64,000 bases of DNA from a virus. How positions within the stretch are numbered: the first letter of the stretch is position 1; the number at the start of each line of letters is the position of its first letter. The translations under genes were made by a program, and so were the position numbers. The notes under the pieces were generated by a model, which searched no databases, was not told where the DNA came from, and was given only the letters and a program-made list of their open reading frames with translations. Shown piece by piece: positions 39,064-47,309 of the stretch. The stretch lies in the IMG/VR virus record IMGVR_UViG_3300046787_000099, positions 32,001 to 96,000 of that record, one strand, 5' to 3'.

Positions 39064-39492
39064 ATGGCACTTAATTGGAAAAAATTAGAAGAGGTTCAAG
39101 GCAACATCAACTCAATCGGAACTTTGCAAGAACTAGCAGGAACAGGAGCAACGCTTCGTCTTAACAAGAACAGCTTGGAGAACAAAGCAACTGATGCTCC
39201 ACGTCTTGTTGTTACAGTAATTAACAAGGCAGGCATGGCTGATAGAGTATTGTGCTCTCCTGCTGTTAGTCGTGGCTTGCGTGCTAAGACTATCAAGGTT
39301 GGTCAGTTGTTAGCATTTCCTATCACTGAGCAAGTAACTCGCACTGTTGATGAAGAGACAGGAGCATTTGTTACTATCAACGTAATCACGATGCCAGCAT
39401 CAGAATCAATTGACATCAATGTTGATAACATTGTTGTTGAAGCATTCAAGACAGAAGGTGCTCTTAATCCTGAGGAGTTCTTAGTATTCTAG
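39064..39492 (+). CDS. First early-strand gene, hypothetical
   Basis: Probable start MALNWKK after an A-rich leader; followed by a strong terminator. Confidence 0.75.
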   Translation: MALNWKKLEEVQGNINSIGTLQELAGTGATLRLNKNSLENKATDAPRLVVTVINKAGMADRVLCSPAVSRGLRAKTIKVGQLLAFPITEQVTRTVDEETGAFVTINVITMPASESIDINVDNIVVEAFKTEGALNPEEFLVF

Positions 39493-39498
39493 TAATTT

Positions 39499-39527
39499 GA
39501 GGGAGCCTTCGGGCTCTCTCTTTCTTT
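39499..39527 (+). terminator. Intrinsic terminator
   Basis: GAGGGAGCC-TTCG-GGCTCTCTC then TTTCTTT. Confidence 0.85.
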
Positions 39528-39551
39528 CATTCACACAAAACAACTAACAAG

Positions 39552-39701
39552 ATGAAGAAGCCCATCGCAAAAGAGTTTGATAAGTCTATAATAAAAGGAA
39601 TGCTTCACATTCCAGGAGTTAATGACGAAGCATTTAATAAGTGGTTAGCAAGCAGAAAACCTGCTAATACCTCTAATAACCTTTGGTATCAACTTTCTTA
39701 A
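39552..39701 (+). CDS. 49-aa hypothetical protein (not in ORF track)
   Basis: MKKPIAKEFDKSIIKGMLHIPGVNDEAF...; A/C-rich leader; followed by AGCCC-TTCG-GGGCT hairpin at 39711-39724. Confidence 0.55.
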   Translation: MKKPIAKEFDKSIIKGMLHIPGVNDEAFNKWLASRKPANTSNNLWYQLS

Positions 39702-39794
39702 TGTAGCACAAGCCCTTCGGGGCTCTACATTATATATAGGGTGGGAAAGAGTTTCATCAGGGTGGGTAGTGAAAAAGAAGGACATTAACAAAAA

Positions 39795-39854
39795 TGATGC
39801 TATTTTACCATTGCTCCTTAGGGAGAAATAAACTTTTGGGGTAAAATAGCATCA
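39795..39854. repeat. Perfect 15-bp inverted repeat
   Basis: TGATGCTATTTTACC (39795-39809) / GGTAAAATAGCATCA (39840-39854). Confidence 0.9.
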
Positions 39855-39969
39855 GAATATATGTTTAGTGAGTATGAAAACACGCACGTGGAGACAGTGA
39901 TAGGTAAAAGGTGGTGTTGGATGAGTGGTTGAAATACATAATTGAGTAGAAATATATAGCAATAACAAT

Positions 39970-40224
39970 ATGATAAGAGTAGAGAGTATAGAAGTTCCTA
40001 TATATGATATGGAAGAGTTTGATACATATATAGAAGATAGACTTAATCATTATACAGTTATGTATACAGATCAATTAGATGATCCTGATGATTTCTGGGA
40101 TGATGAAGATGTTGCACATTGGCAACACATGATTACACACTATCAGAAGGTGTTATTACATCTACGTTCTACATATACAGATAAGAATGGTAGTATAAGA
40201 GAAGAGTTTCTTGATTTAATTTAA
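39970..40224 (+). CDS. Acidic hypothetical protein
   Basis: 84-aa ORF. Confidence 0.65.
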   Translation: MIRVESIEVPIYDMEEFDTYIEDRLNHYTVMYTDQLDDPDDFWDDEDVAHWQHMITHYQKVLLHLRSTYTDKNGSIREEFLDLI

Positions 40225-40229
40225 GTCTT

Positions 40230-40267
40230 TGTCCTGAGCATGACATTACACATAGTAAACTGCTCAC
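40230..40267 (+). ncRNA. Small H-type pseudoknot RNA motif, copy 1
   Basis: TGTC-CT-GAGCA-T-GACA...TAAAC-TGCTC. Confidence 0.55.
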
Positions 40268-40410
40268 ATTAATGCATCATTCTATCTTCCCAAGGGATAG
40301 CAATTGTAATACCATCAAGCTGTTTGATGTAACGTTCTTCAAATGTTAAAGCAATGGATTAACTAGTACATATATACTAGAGTTGTTACAATTGAATGCA
40401 GAGGGGATAT
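40266..40410 (+). ncRNA. Candidate twister ribozyme (P1 type) with large P5 insertion
   Basis: UAA-UGCA-UC...CUAUC-UUCCCAAGG-GAUAG-[10-bp P5]-UGCA-GAGGG follows the twister core order. Confidence 0.6.
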
Positions 40411-40421
40411 TAACACAAGTA

Positions 40422-40476
40422 CATCGTTGAAATACATGTTTGTACAAAGCATAGCATAAGTGCTGATGAAACAATG
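40422..40476 (+). ncRNA. Hammerhead-like element (degenerate)
   Basis: CAUCGUU-GAAA-UACA/UGUA...CUGAUGA-AACAAUG; lacks canonical U16.1 and a clean stem I. Confidence 0.25.
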
Positions 40477-40573
40477 CTGGTATGGGTAGACAACGATACT
40501 CACACATACATTGAGAGATGTATATTTATAAACATTTTTGTTTACATATTATTCACATACAATCAATAAAGAC

Positions 40574-40939
40574 ATGATAACTATCAAACAAGAATTACTA
40601 ACACATATACATACTATCAATATGTATAAACTACAAGAAGATAAGAATGCACACATTATAGATTGGACAATGATCTGTTGTGCTGATATCTTTATGGAGA
40701 CTGATGGGGATGATATACATGTATTTCATCGCATCAACGAAGAGTCTGAAGAACAATGGAATCAGTTCTTAAATAAGCTAGACTTTGAGCATGATGATGA
40801 ATCTTCAAGATATGCACTTAAGGGTACTGTTTGGTATGCAGATGGTACATGGTCAAAATATGGCTATGACTACGAAATGATGTATGGTTCTTGGAATTGG
40901 AGAGAGGTTCCTATGATACCTGATTATCTGCATCAATGA
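40574..40939 (+). CDS. Hypothetical phage protein
   Basis: FLNKLDFEHD...LKGTVWYADGTWS...W...P.IP motif; probable start at 40574. Confidence 0.7.
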   Translation: MITIKQELLTHIHTINMYKLQEDKNAHIIDWTMICCADIFMETDGDDIHVFHRINEESEEQWNQFLNKLDFEHDDESSRYALKGTVWYADGTWSKYGYDYEMMYGSWNWREVPMIPDYLHQ

Positions 40940-40998
40940 TATTGTAATATGTTCCAGGCAAAACTATTCATCCTGTAAAGCAATAGTTTAATTACAAT

Positions 40999-41027
40999 TG
41001 TGCTAAGCAACACACTAAACTGCTCAC
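40999..41027 (+). ncRNA. Small H-type pseudoknot RNA motif, copy 2
   Basis: TGTG-CT-AAGCA-A-CACA-C-TAAAC-TGCTCAC; compensatory change relative to copy 1. Confidence 0.5.
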
Positions 41028-41050
41028 TTTTACAATCAATCAATAAAAAC

Positions 41051-41245
41051 ATGGCAAATAAGCTTTTAACACCAGAACAGACAGAACAACTAGGAGAATA
41101 TGGTTGGGATGTAGTTCCTGAATGTGGATACATTATATTGTATCAAAATGAAATGACACATGATGCATGGGATGCATTGTGTTATCATCTAGGAGTTGAT
41201 GATGATAGAGAGTATGTTAAAGTATTATATGTAGGAGTTCAATAA
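41051..41245 (+). CDS. Hypothetical protein
   Basis: Start MANKLL after an A-rich leader. Confidence 0.65.
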   Translation: MANKLLTPEQTEQLGEYGWDVVPECGYIILYQNEMTHDAWDALCYHLGVDDDREYVKVLYVGVQ

Positions 41246-41267
41246 CAATTTAAACACACACAATCAA

Positions 41268-41537
41268 ATGAAAAAGTTATTATTACTGACAGCTATGGCT
41301 GTTACATTATTGAGCTGTTCTGAAAGAGATAGAGCAGTTACATTATCAAATGGTTCTGTTATTAGAGCAGAGATAGTAGATGATGTTCCTAGAAATATTG
41401 GTACAAAGGTATGTGTCAAGAGATTTGGTACACGTAATTGGATAATCTGTGCTAATGGTGAAATGATGGATACAGCTATTACATCTCCTATTTTAATTGT
41501 TTATTCAACAGGTTATGTTAAATCATATTTGGACTAA
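41268..41537 (+). CDS. Putative lipoprotein
   Basis: MKKLLLLTAMAVTLLSC signal peptide II / lipobox. Confidence 0.7.
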   Translation: MKKLLLLTAMAVTLLSCSERDRAVTLSNGSVIRAEIVDDVPRNIGTKVCVKRFGTRNWIICANGEMMDTAITSPILIVYSTGYVKSYLD

Positions 41538-41549
41538 TAATATAGCATT

Positions 41550-41711
41550 ATGAGAAAGATAGAGACATTAGTATGGACATTATTGTGTGTGATGATGATA
41601 GCAAACTTTGCATGGATGGCCTTCATTGGTCATTCATGGAGTGCTGTTGTATCAGGCATATTGGCATTAGTATTCTTTAGAATAGTAATACTATCAATTA
41701 AAGAGAATTAG
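41550..41711 (+). CDS. 53-aa two-TM membrane protein (not in ORF track)
   Basis: MRKIETLVWTLLCVMMIANFAWMAFIGHSWSAVVSGILALVFFRIVILSIKEN*. Confidence 0.65.
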   Translation: MRKIETLVWTLLCVMMIANFAWMAFIGHSWSAVVSGILALVFFRIVILSIKEN

Positions 41712-41735
41712 GGTTAAATGACGCATGACTGCATA

Positions 41736-41764
41736 AAGGGCTAGACTTATAGACTAGCTCTTTA
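41736..41764 (+). terminator. Hairpin, probable terminator
   Basis: AAAGGGCTAG...CTAGCTCTTT. Confidence 0.55.
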
Positions 41765-41801
41765 TATTAATCTATTTATTCACATTTTAAATAACACAAT
41801 C

Positions 41802-41942
41802 ATGAAAAAGATCAAGTTATTACCAACGGAATACTATGAGTTCGTTCAGTTGGCAAAGTTTACATTCACCACATTTGGTGTATCAAGAGGCTTTGTTATC
41901 ATTGAGGCAAACATAGAGCTGTTGAGACAAATCGGTTATTAA
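41802..41942 (+). CDS. 46-aa hypothetical protein (not in ORF track)
   Basis: MKKIKLLPTEYYEFVQLAKF...; conserved leader; terminator downstream. Confidence 0.65.
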   Translation: MKKIKLLPTEYYEFVQLAKFTFTTFGVSRGFVIIEANIELLRQIGY

Positions 41943-41952
41943 TCATGAGTGC

Positions 41953-41989
41953 AAAGAGCTCTCACATCATGTGTGGGAGTTCTTTATTT
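41953..41989 (+). terminator. Intrinsic terminator
   Basis: AAAGAGCTCTCACA-TCATG-TGTGGGAGTTCTTT then ATTT. Confidence 0.75.
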
Positions 41990-42011
41990 ATTTAATATAA
42001 ACATTAATGAA

Positions 42012-43694
42012 ATGAAAGAAAGACAATTTAAGGTGGGTGATAGGGTGCAAATAGCATCATCATCAAGATATGCTAAGCAATGTAGCGAAGTAGGAACTAT
42101 CAAAGAAACACAAGATGGTGCTTTGTGTTTCATTGTAAAGTTTGATAATGACTACATTAACAGTTATGGACCACAAGATTTAGTTCATGATCCTGATATG
42201 ACTCCATTGTTTTATGTAGGTGATAAGATACAAATCACACAAGGTAGTGGACATTGGGTTGATGATATGGATCAATACGTTGGTCAAAAAGCTACCATCA
42301 CAAAGGTAGAGAAAGGTTATATGATAGATCGTCTTTATCGTATTGATATAGATAAAGGTCAGTGGAAATGGATTGCTGAAGCAGGACATTTTATTCATGC
42401 ACCACAAGCAGGTATTGATCAAAAGGATGAACTATTACATAGAGCAAAACAAATGTTCCCTGTTGGTACTAAGTTTTCTCCAGCACATGTTCTTTATGAT
42501 GAGAAATATCCAAAATATCTAATCATGACTGAAGACAGTAAGATTGAGTTCTCTGGCAGTTATATATTTGCTTGTATCAAAAATGGTAACGTTTGTGATA
42601 TGAGTGGTGATCTAAAGTATGGTAACACTACATATAATAGAGTGTTATATGATGCAACTGAGAAGAAATGGGCTACAGTGCTAGGTAAAGCTGAAGATGA
42701 TGAACCAATACCAGCTACTGCATTACTACTCATTGAAGCAAAGAAAAGATATCCTATTGGTACTAAGTACAAGAATGCTACAGATGGACGTGAAGTATTT
42801 ACAGTTACTGAGCAATCATTTAGTGTGGTTAGTGAACACACTATTCATGGAGAACCAGGTGCAGGTTGTTTAATGTATGGAGGTAAATGGGCTGAGATAG
42901 TTAAAGGAGAATCACATAAATTCAAGATAGGTGATTGGGTTATTGGTAATTCTAAAGCTAATGAACGTTATGCTGTCACTAAAGAAGGATGGAGCGGTCA
43001 AGTAACAAAGGTTAGAGATGATGGTCACATCAGTGTAAAAGGTAAATACAATGAGGATAATGATGAATATCATGATCTTGATCCTGATCGATTTGATCTA
43101 ACAACTGAAAGTGAGCTAATGAGATTAACTGGTCATGTTGAAGCACCCATTATACACAAGTATAAAGTGGGAGATATATTACATCTAACCGAATATTGTC
43201 ATGGTGTAACACCTCAGAAGGTCACTGTACAAGCTTTAAGTACACGTCACGGTAAACCAGCATATTGTTTACAGAGATGGTCAGGAGAGTTTCCTGAAGA
43301 CATACTAATTCAACGAGAAGTAGTTAAACCAACTGACAAGTTCAAAAAAGGTGACTGGGTTATTGGTACATGTACACCACATTCTCCTTATGCTATTACA
43401 TGTAAAGGGTGGATTGGTAGAGTGGTTGGTTTAAATCCTGATGGTACAATGGATGTAAACACTGATGCTAGTATTAGTATTTATCGAAATGTACAACCAG
43501 AGTATTTTGAGCATCACAAGACTGAATCAGTATTCTCTACTGACTATTTACAACAGCAGATGGATAAAGTATCAGCAAGTATTGGTTTATCTCATGAAAA
43601 GTTACGAGTGTATTCATCAGGTAGTATCGGTTCATCAATACCAGTAGTTCAACCACAAGTGAGTGTAAAGAAAGTAAGTTTTAATCGTATTTAA
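42012..43694 (+). CDS. Multidomain protein of tandem KOW/SH3-like modules
   Basis: Five (F/Y)x(V/I/K)GD repeats and two LL..AK..(F/Y)P(V/I)GTK modules; probable start at 42012. Confidence 0.7.
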   Translation: MKERQFKVGDRVQIASSSRYAKQCSEVGTIKETQDGALCFIVKFDNDYINSYGPQDLVHDPDMTPLFYVGDKIQITQGSGHWVDDMDQYVGQKATITKVEKGYMIDRLYRIDIDKGQWKWIAEAGHFIHAPQAGIDQKDELLHRAKQMFPVGTKFSPAHVLYDEKYPKYLIMTEDSKIEFSGSYIFACIKNGNVCDMSGDLKYGNTTYNRVLYDATEKKWATVLGKAEDDEPIPATALLLIEAKKRYPIGTKYKNATDGREVFTVTEQSFSVVSEHTIHGEPGAGCLMYGGKWAEIVKGESHKFKIGDWVIGNSKANERYAVTKEGWSGQVTKVRDDGHISVKGKYNEDNDEYHDLDPDRFDLTTESELMRLTGHVEAPIIHKYKVGDILHLTEYCHGVTPQKVTVQALSTRHGKPAYCLQRWSGEFPEDILIQREVVKPTDKFKKGDWVIGTCTPHSPYAITCKGWIGRVVGLNPDGTMDVNTDASISIYRNVQPEYFEHHKTESVFSTDYLQQQMDKVSASIGLSHEKLRVYSSGSIGSSIPVVQPQVSVKKVSFNRI

Positions 43695-43726
43695 TCAATT
43701 TTTTAACAAATAACACAATAATTATT

Positions 43727-44155
43727 ATGAAAAAGAAAGGTATCGTAGCATCAATCATGGCAGCTCTTAAGTTAGGAGAAGAAGGTAAAATTGGTTCATT
43801 CTTCAACAAACTAGAAAATGAGTTCGAGCGTGAGATCAAATCTATCCAACACAACATCAAAGGTGAAGAGTTAGAACATGATCACGCAGTTGAATCATTG
43901 AAAGCTAAGATTGAGGACGCTAAGAAAGCTATTGAAGATGCATGGATGAACATCACTGCTGAGCAAGTAGCTACTAATGCAATGCAAGAGAGCTTCAAGA
44001 GTGATTACTTAACTAACGTAACAAGAAAAGAAATGGAATTGGAACGTTTAGAAGACCAGTTGAAGAGAATCAATGGTTCTTACGAGTCATCAATCAAAGA
44101 CTTGAATGAGCAGATTGAGAAGTATGAAGCACGTTTGGCAAAGATTCGTGGATAG
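43727..44155 (+). CDS. Coiled-coil protein
   Basis: 142 aa, heptad-rich. Confidence 0.75.
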   Translation: MKKKGIVASIMAALKLGEEGKIGSFFNKLENEFEREIKSIQHNIKGEELEHDHAVESLKAKIEDAKKAIEDAWMNITAEQVATNAMQESFKSDYLTNVTRKEMELERLEDQLKRINGSYESSIKDLNEQIEKYEARLAKIRG

Positions 44156-44403
44156 TGAAGACAGAACATGAAGTAGCTAACTATTTCATTGCAGCAGTTA
44201 TAGCAGCCTTTGCATTATGCTGGGCTGTTATACATGCTGTGAATGGGTATGATGGTGGTAAGAAATACACTATCAGGACAGAGTATGGCACCTATCATTC
44301 TGATAACATCAGAGTGTGTGGTAAAGGTATCGCATTTGATACTGAAGACAAGAAGATTATAATAATGGGTAACTTTAACATCATATCAAATTTAGAACAA
44401 TGA
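44155..44403 (+). CDS. Small membrane-anchored protein
   Basis: N-terminal hydrophobic helix; GTG start overlapping TAG. Confidence 0.6.
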   Translation: MKTEHEVANYFIAAVIAAFALCWAVIHAVNGYDGGKKYTIRTEYGTYHSDNIRVCGKGIAFDTEDKKIIIMGNFNIISNLEQ

Positions 44404-44597
44404 GAGTATTCGCAAGAGATTTAGGCAAGTATTGCACAGTTGTATCAACTAAGCAATTGAGAGAAGCACAGGCTGCAGACATTCCTGAGGCAAAGATCAC
44501 AGTAGAGATTCACATGAATATCAATGATCAAAAGACTAAGCCATTCTACAAGACTGTAGGTAAGGCAGAAGCTAGTTACGGACAACTAAAGTTCTAA
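44400..44597 (+). CDS. Hypothetical protein
   Basis: ATGA overlap, 65 aa. Confidence 0.6.
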   Translation: MRVFARDLGKYCTVVSTKQLREAQAADIPEAKITVEIHMNINDQKTKPFYKTVGKAEASYGQLKF

Positions 44598-44599
44598 CC

Positions 44600-44884
44600 A
44601 TGAAACCACTACGTGTAGATAAATGCAAGTGCACACAAGACTATAAGGTGTATAACACTGATGTTGTTTACTTAAAAGGTAAACAATACATCTGTGAGTA
44701 TCATCCTAATGGTATCTATGGTGCATACTATGTAGTATATCTAAATGATAGAGTATCATGCAATGTTAATTTAGTAGCATTCAACACAAATTTTAAAAGA
44801 TTAAAACATGAGAACACAAGCACAAGAGCTGGCAAGACTAGCAAAAGGATTAATGGTAGAAATACAAAAGCAAGAGTTCCTTGA
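44600..44884 (+). CDS. Hypothetical protein
   Basis: 94-aa ORF in operon. Confidence 0.55.
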   Translation: MKPLRVDKCKCTQDYKVYNTDVVYLKGKQYICEYHPNGIYGAYYVVYLNDRVSCNVNLVAFNTNFKRLKHENTSTRAGKTSKRINGRNTKARVP

Positions 44885-45191
44885 TTCTAGAACAAGAATC
44901 AACGATTATGTAGATGTATATGCTAATGATGCAAAGGATTATGTACATGTACGCTTTGATAGAAATAGTAAACCAGTTGACGTTACTATTCATTCGTATG
45001 GTAATTTCCATTCTGAAACACTTAATATTGATCTATCAGTCACTGATGAGAAATTAGATGAGATTGTTGAACGTAGTCAAACTGTTATTGATGAGTTCAT
45101 TCACATCTTTGCTAATAGAAGTGAGGAGATTAGACAAGAACGTATTGCAGAATTAGAAGAACGATTAGCAATACTTAGAGGAGACGTATAA
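44808..45191 (+). CDS. Hypothetical protein
   Basis: 127-aa ORF with coiled-coil C-terminus. Confidence 0.65.
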   Translation: MRTQAQELARLAKGLMVEIQKQEFLDSRTRINDYVDVYANDAKDYVHVRFDRNSKPVDVTIHSYGNFHSETLNIDLSVTDEKLDEIVERSQTVIDEFIHIFANRSEEIRQERIAELEERLAILRGDV

Positions 45192-45697
45192 TGTATCAGT
45201 TAGCTAAACTAGTATTGATTAACTATCAGCCCAAGGAATTGGAAGAAGATATGATGTTTGCCATGGATGTACACTTACGTACATTCGATGGTGATTATTC
45301 ATACTTGCATGTACACACTCTTGACAAGATACCAAAGGATAAGGATAAGTACATTCGTGAGAATGGTTTCCCTGTTCACATGTATCTTATTGCTCAAGAG
45401 CAGACTAATCCAGATATACCAGAGAGAATCATTGCATCACACGACCAAATTGGTTTGTGGGATTATGGTGTTGATGATGAGGTATTACACATGATGGACA
45501 TCAGTCATATCAATAGCATCCTTATGAATGAAGGATATGTTATGGTAGACAGTGATGAAGATGGTGATCCTATTCTTGAAGAAGGATATGTTGTTCTTTG
45601 TTCACACATGAGTGATGAGGATGAAGAATGGGTTCAAACTTGGGGAGAAGATGATGAATTTAAAGAACCATGGCAAGAACAGTTAGATCAGCAATAG
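45191..45697 (+). CDS. Acidic hypothetical protein
   Basis: 168 aa; TAATG overlap. Confidence 0.7.
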   Translation: MYQLAKLVLINYQPKELEEDMMFAMDVHLRTFDGDYSYLHVHTLDKIPKDKDKYIRENGFPVHMYLIAQEQTNPDIPERIIASHDQIGLWDYGVDDEVLHMMDISHINSILMNEGYVMVDSDEDGDPILEEGYVVLCSHMSDEDEEWVQTWGEDDEFKEPWQEQLDQQ

Positions 45698-45966
45698 TAA
45701 AGTATCTTAAAGAGGAAAAGATTCCCTTTAGGACAGTAAATGAAAAGAACATCCTAGTGATGAGAGCCAACTCTAGATACCACTATTGTGTAGTGGAATT
45801 CTTTGACATGCCTCAAGATTGGTATGATAGACAGCAGTATTTCAAGTTCAAACGTATCTATCCAGGGCAGAGTGGCAAGAGTATTATTATTAAACTAAAT
45901 GAATATTTGTATGAGAACACGTGTAGGGAATCTAATCAAAGTGGAGAATCCACGACAATTAACTAA
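45670..45966 (+). CDS. Hypothetical protein
   Basis: 98-aa ORF. Confidence 0.55.
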   Translation: MARTVRSAIVKYLKEEKIPFRTVNEKNILVMRANSRYHYCVVEFFDMPQDWYDRQQYFKFKRIYPGQSGKSIIIKLNEYLYENTCRESNQSGESTTIN

Positions 45967-46123
45967 TAAAAACCATGAGTATCGAGGTGTTATCCTGAAG
46001 GAGAACAATGTTGCATTACCTTATGTATTTACGGACACAGAGCTAGAAGTAGCTTATGCTCGTTATAATAAGTTTATGGACACCATTCTCAAGCAGAGTT
46101 TAGTATCTAAGATCATAGACTAA
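45911..46123 (+). CDS. Hypothetical protein
   Basis: Probable start MRTRVG. Confidence 0.55.
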   Translation: MRTRVGNLIKVENPRQLTNKNHEYRGVILKENNVALPYVFTDTELEVAYARYNKFMDTILKQSLVSKIID

Positions 46124-46275
46124 TGAACAGAGGTGACAAAGAGCTTGCAAAGCTTGCTGCTATTATAGTATCGGGAGTGTTACTTGTAGCAGTCATTTCA
46201 TTTATTACGTTTAGCATCTATATGTATATTAAGCATCCTGATACAAAGGAAGTACAATTTAAAATAGGTAAATAA
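46123..46275 (+). CDS. 50-aa single-TM protein (not in ORF track)
   Basis: MNRGDKELAKLAAIIVSGVLLVAVISFITFSIYMYIKH...; TAATG overlaps at both ends. Confidence 0.65.
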   Translation: MNRGDKELAKLAAIIVSGVLLVAVISFITFSIYMYIKHPDTKEVQFKIGK

Positions 46276-46547
46276 TGGCAAGTAGTAAAGGAAGAACCTA
46301 TGTTGATTGCTATCACCCAACAAACGATGATTTGTGGTGCCAAATTGAGGTGTTCTGGAAGCACAACTATGAACCACCAGTTATGTATTATCAAGATGGA
46401 TCAGGTTATCCTGGTGATGACTCAATAGAGATCATAGAGACAAAGATGATTACATACTGTGGAGATCCAGTACAGCAAATGGTAGAACCACATTGGATCG
46501 ATTGGGACAAGGTGATGGAAGAATTAAACATGGAAGATTTGAATTAA
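46275..46547 (+). CDS. Hypothetical phage protein
   Basis: YEPPVMYYQDGSGYPG motif. Confidence 0.65.
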   Translation: MASSKGRTYVDCYHPTNDDLWCQIEVFWKHNYEPPVMYYQDGSGYPGDDSIEIIETKMITYCGDPVQQMVEPHWIDWDKVMEELNMEDLN

Positions 46548-46548
46548 C

Positions 46549-46920
46549 ATGAAAAGAAGAAAGAAAGTAGAACACAGGTTAGTTAGAACTAATCCTATTG
46601 AGCAGCATTATACAGACTGTTTGGACTGTGGTCATGTTCACAATGTAGAGTCATTAATGAAATACTACAAGAGACAAGGAGCACATTCAATGCACTATCT
46701 GTGTGATGAATGCAACTGTAGGATGAGATTGACAACCACAAAACTAGGTTATCTAGTTTTTAACAAACAATCAGTAAATAGCTATGGCAAGAAACAATGG
46801 GATGATATATTTCAGGTGGCTGAGATCGAGATTCCACAAGAGGTTAAAACATGGTTGGTTAGAACGTATCAACCACCAAGAAAACGAGCAAGTAACGAAT
46901 TACCCACAATTAACAATTAA
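46549..46920 (+). CDS. Zn-ribbon protein
   Basis: CLDC...CDEC. Confidence 0.6.
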   Translation: MKRRKKVEHRLVRTNPIEQHYTDCLDCGHVHNVESLMKYYKRQGAHSMHYLCDECNCRMRLTTTKLGYLVFNKQSVNSYGKKQWDDIFQVAEIEIPQEVKTWLVRTYQPPRKRASNELPTINN

Positions 46921-46942
46921 CTCACAATTAAACAATAACAAG

Positions 46943-47305
46943 ATGAAATTATTACAATTTAACGCAGAACAGTTCGAAACAGGTAACTACGATTTAGTAA
47001 CAGCAGATGGTAAAGCAGTGAAGTTTGGGCATATTGACAAAACAGAACGTGCAGCTATCTTTGGCTACATTAATTCATTTGCATATATCTGGGACATTAA
47101 CGGTGTATGTCTTACTAACAAGACTATAAATAATAAGAATGATTTAAGATTGAAGCACAAGGCTCAAACCTTATACATCACTATCACACTTGGTAAGAAT
47201 GATAGAATCAATACGTATGCTAGTTCAGATGGTCAACCAAAGGTGAAGAGCGGATCAAAGTTATTGAAACGTTTAGAAGTTCAGTTTGATGAATTAGATT
47301 TCTAA
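46943..47305 (+). CDS. Hypothetical phage protein
   Basis: Probable start MKLLQF; LVTADGKAV...WDING...DLRL pattern. Confidence 0.65.
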   Translation: MKLLQFNAEQFETGNYDLVTADGKAVKFGHIDKTERAAIFGYINSFAYIWDINGVCLTNKTINNKNDLRLKHKAQTLYITITLGKNDRINTYASSDGQPKVKSGSKLLKRLEVQFDELDF

Positions 47306-47309
47306 GACA

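Noticed and set aside
40230-40267. Pistol ribozyme
   Set aside because: It resembles the pistol P1/pseudoknot half, but P2, P3 and the GU cleavage junction are missing.
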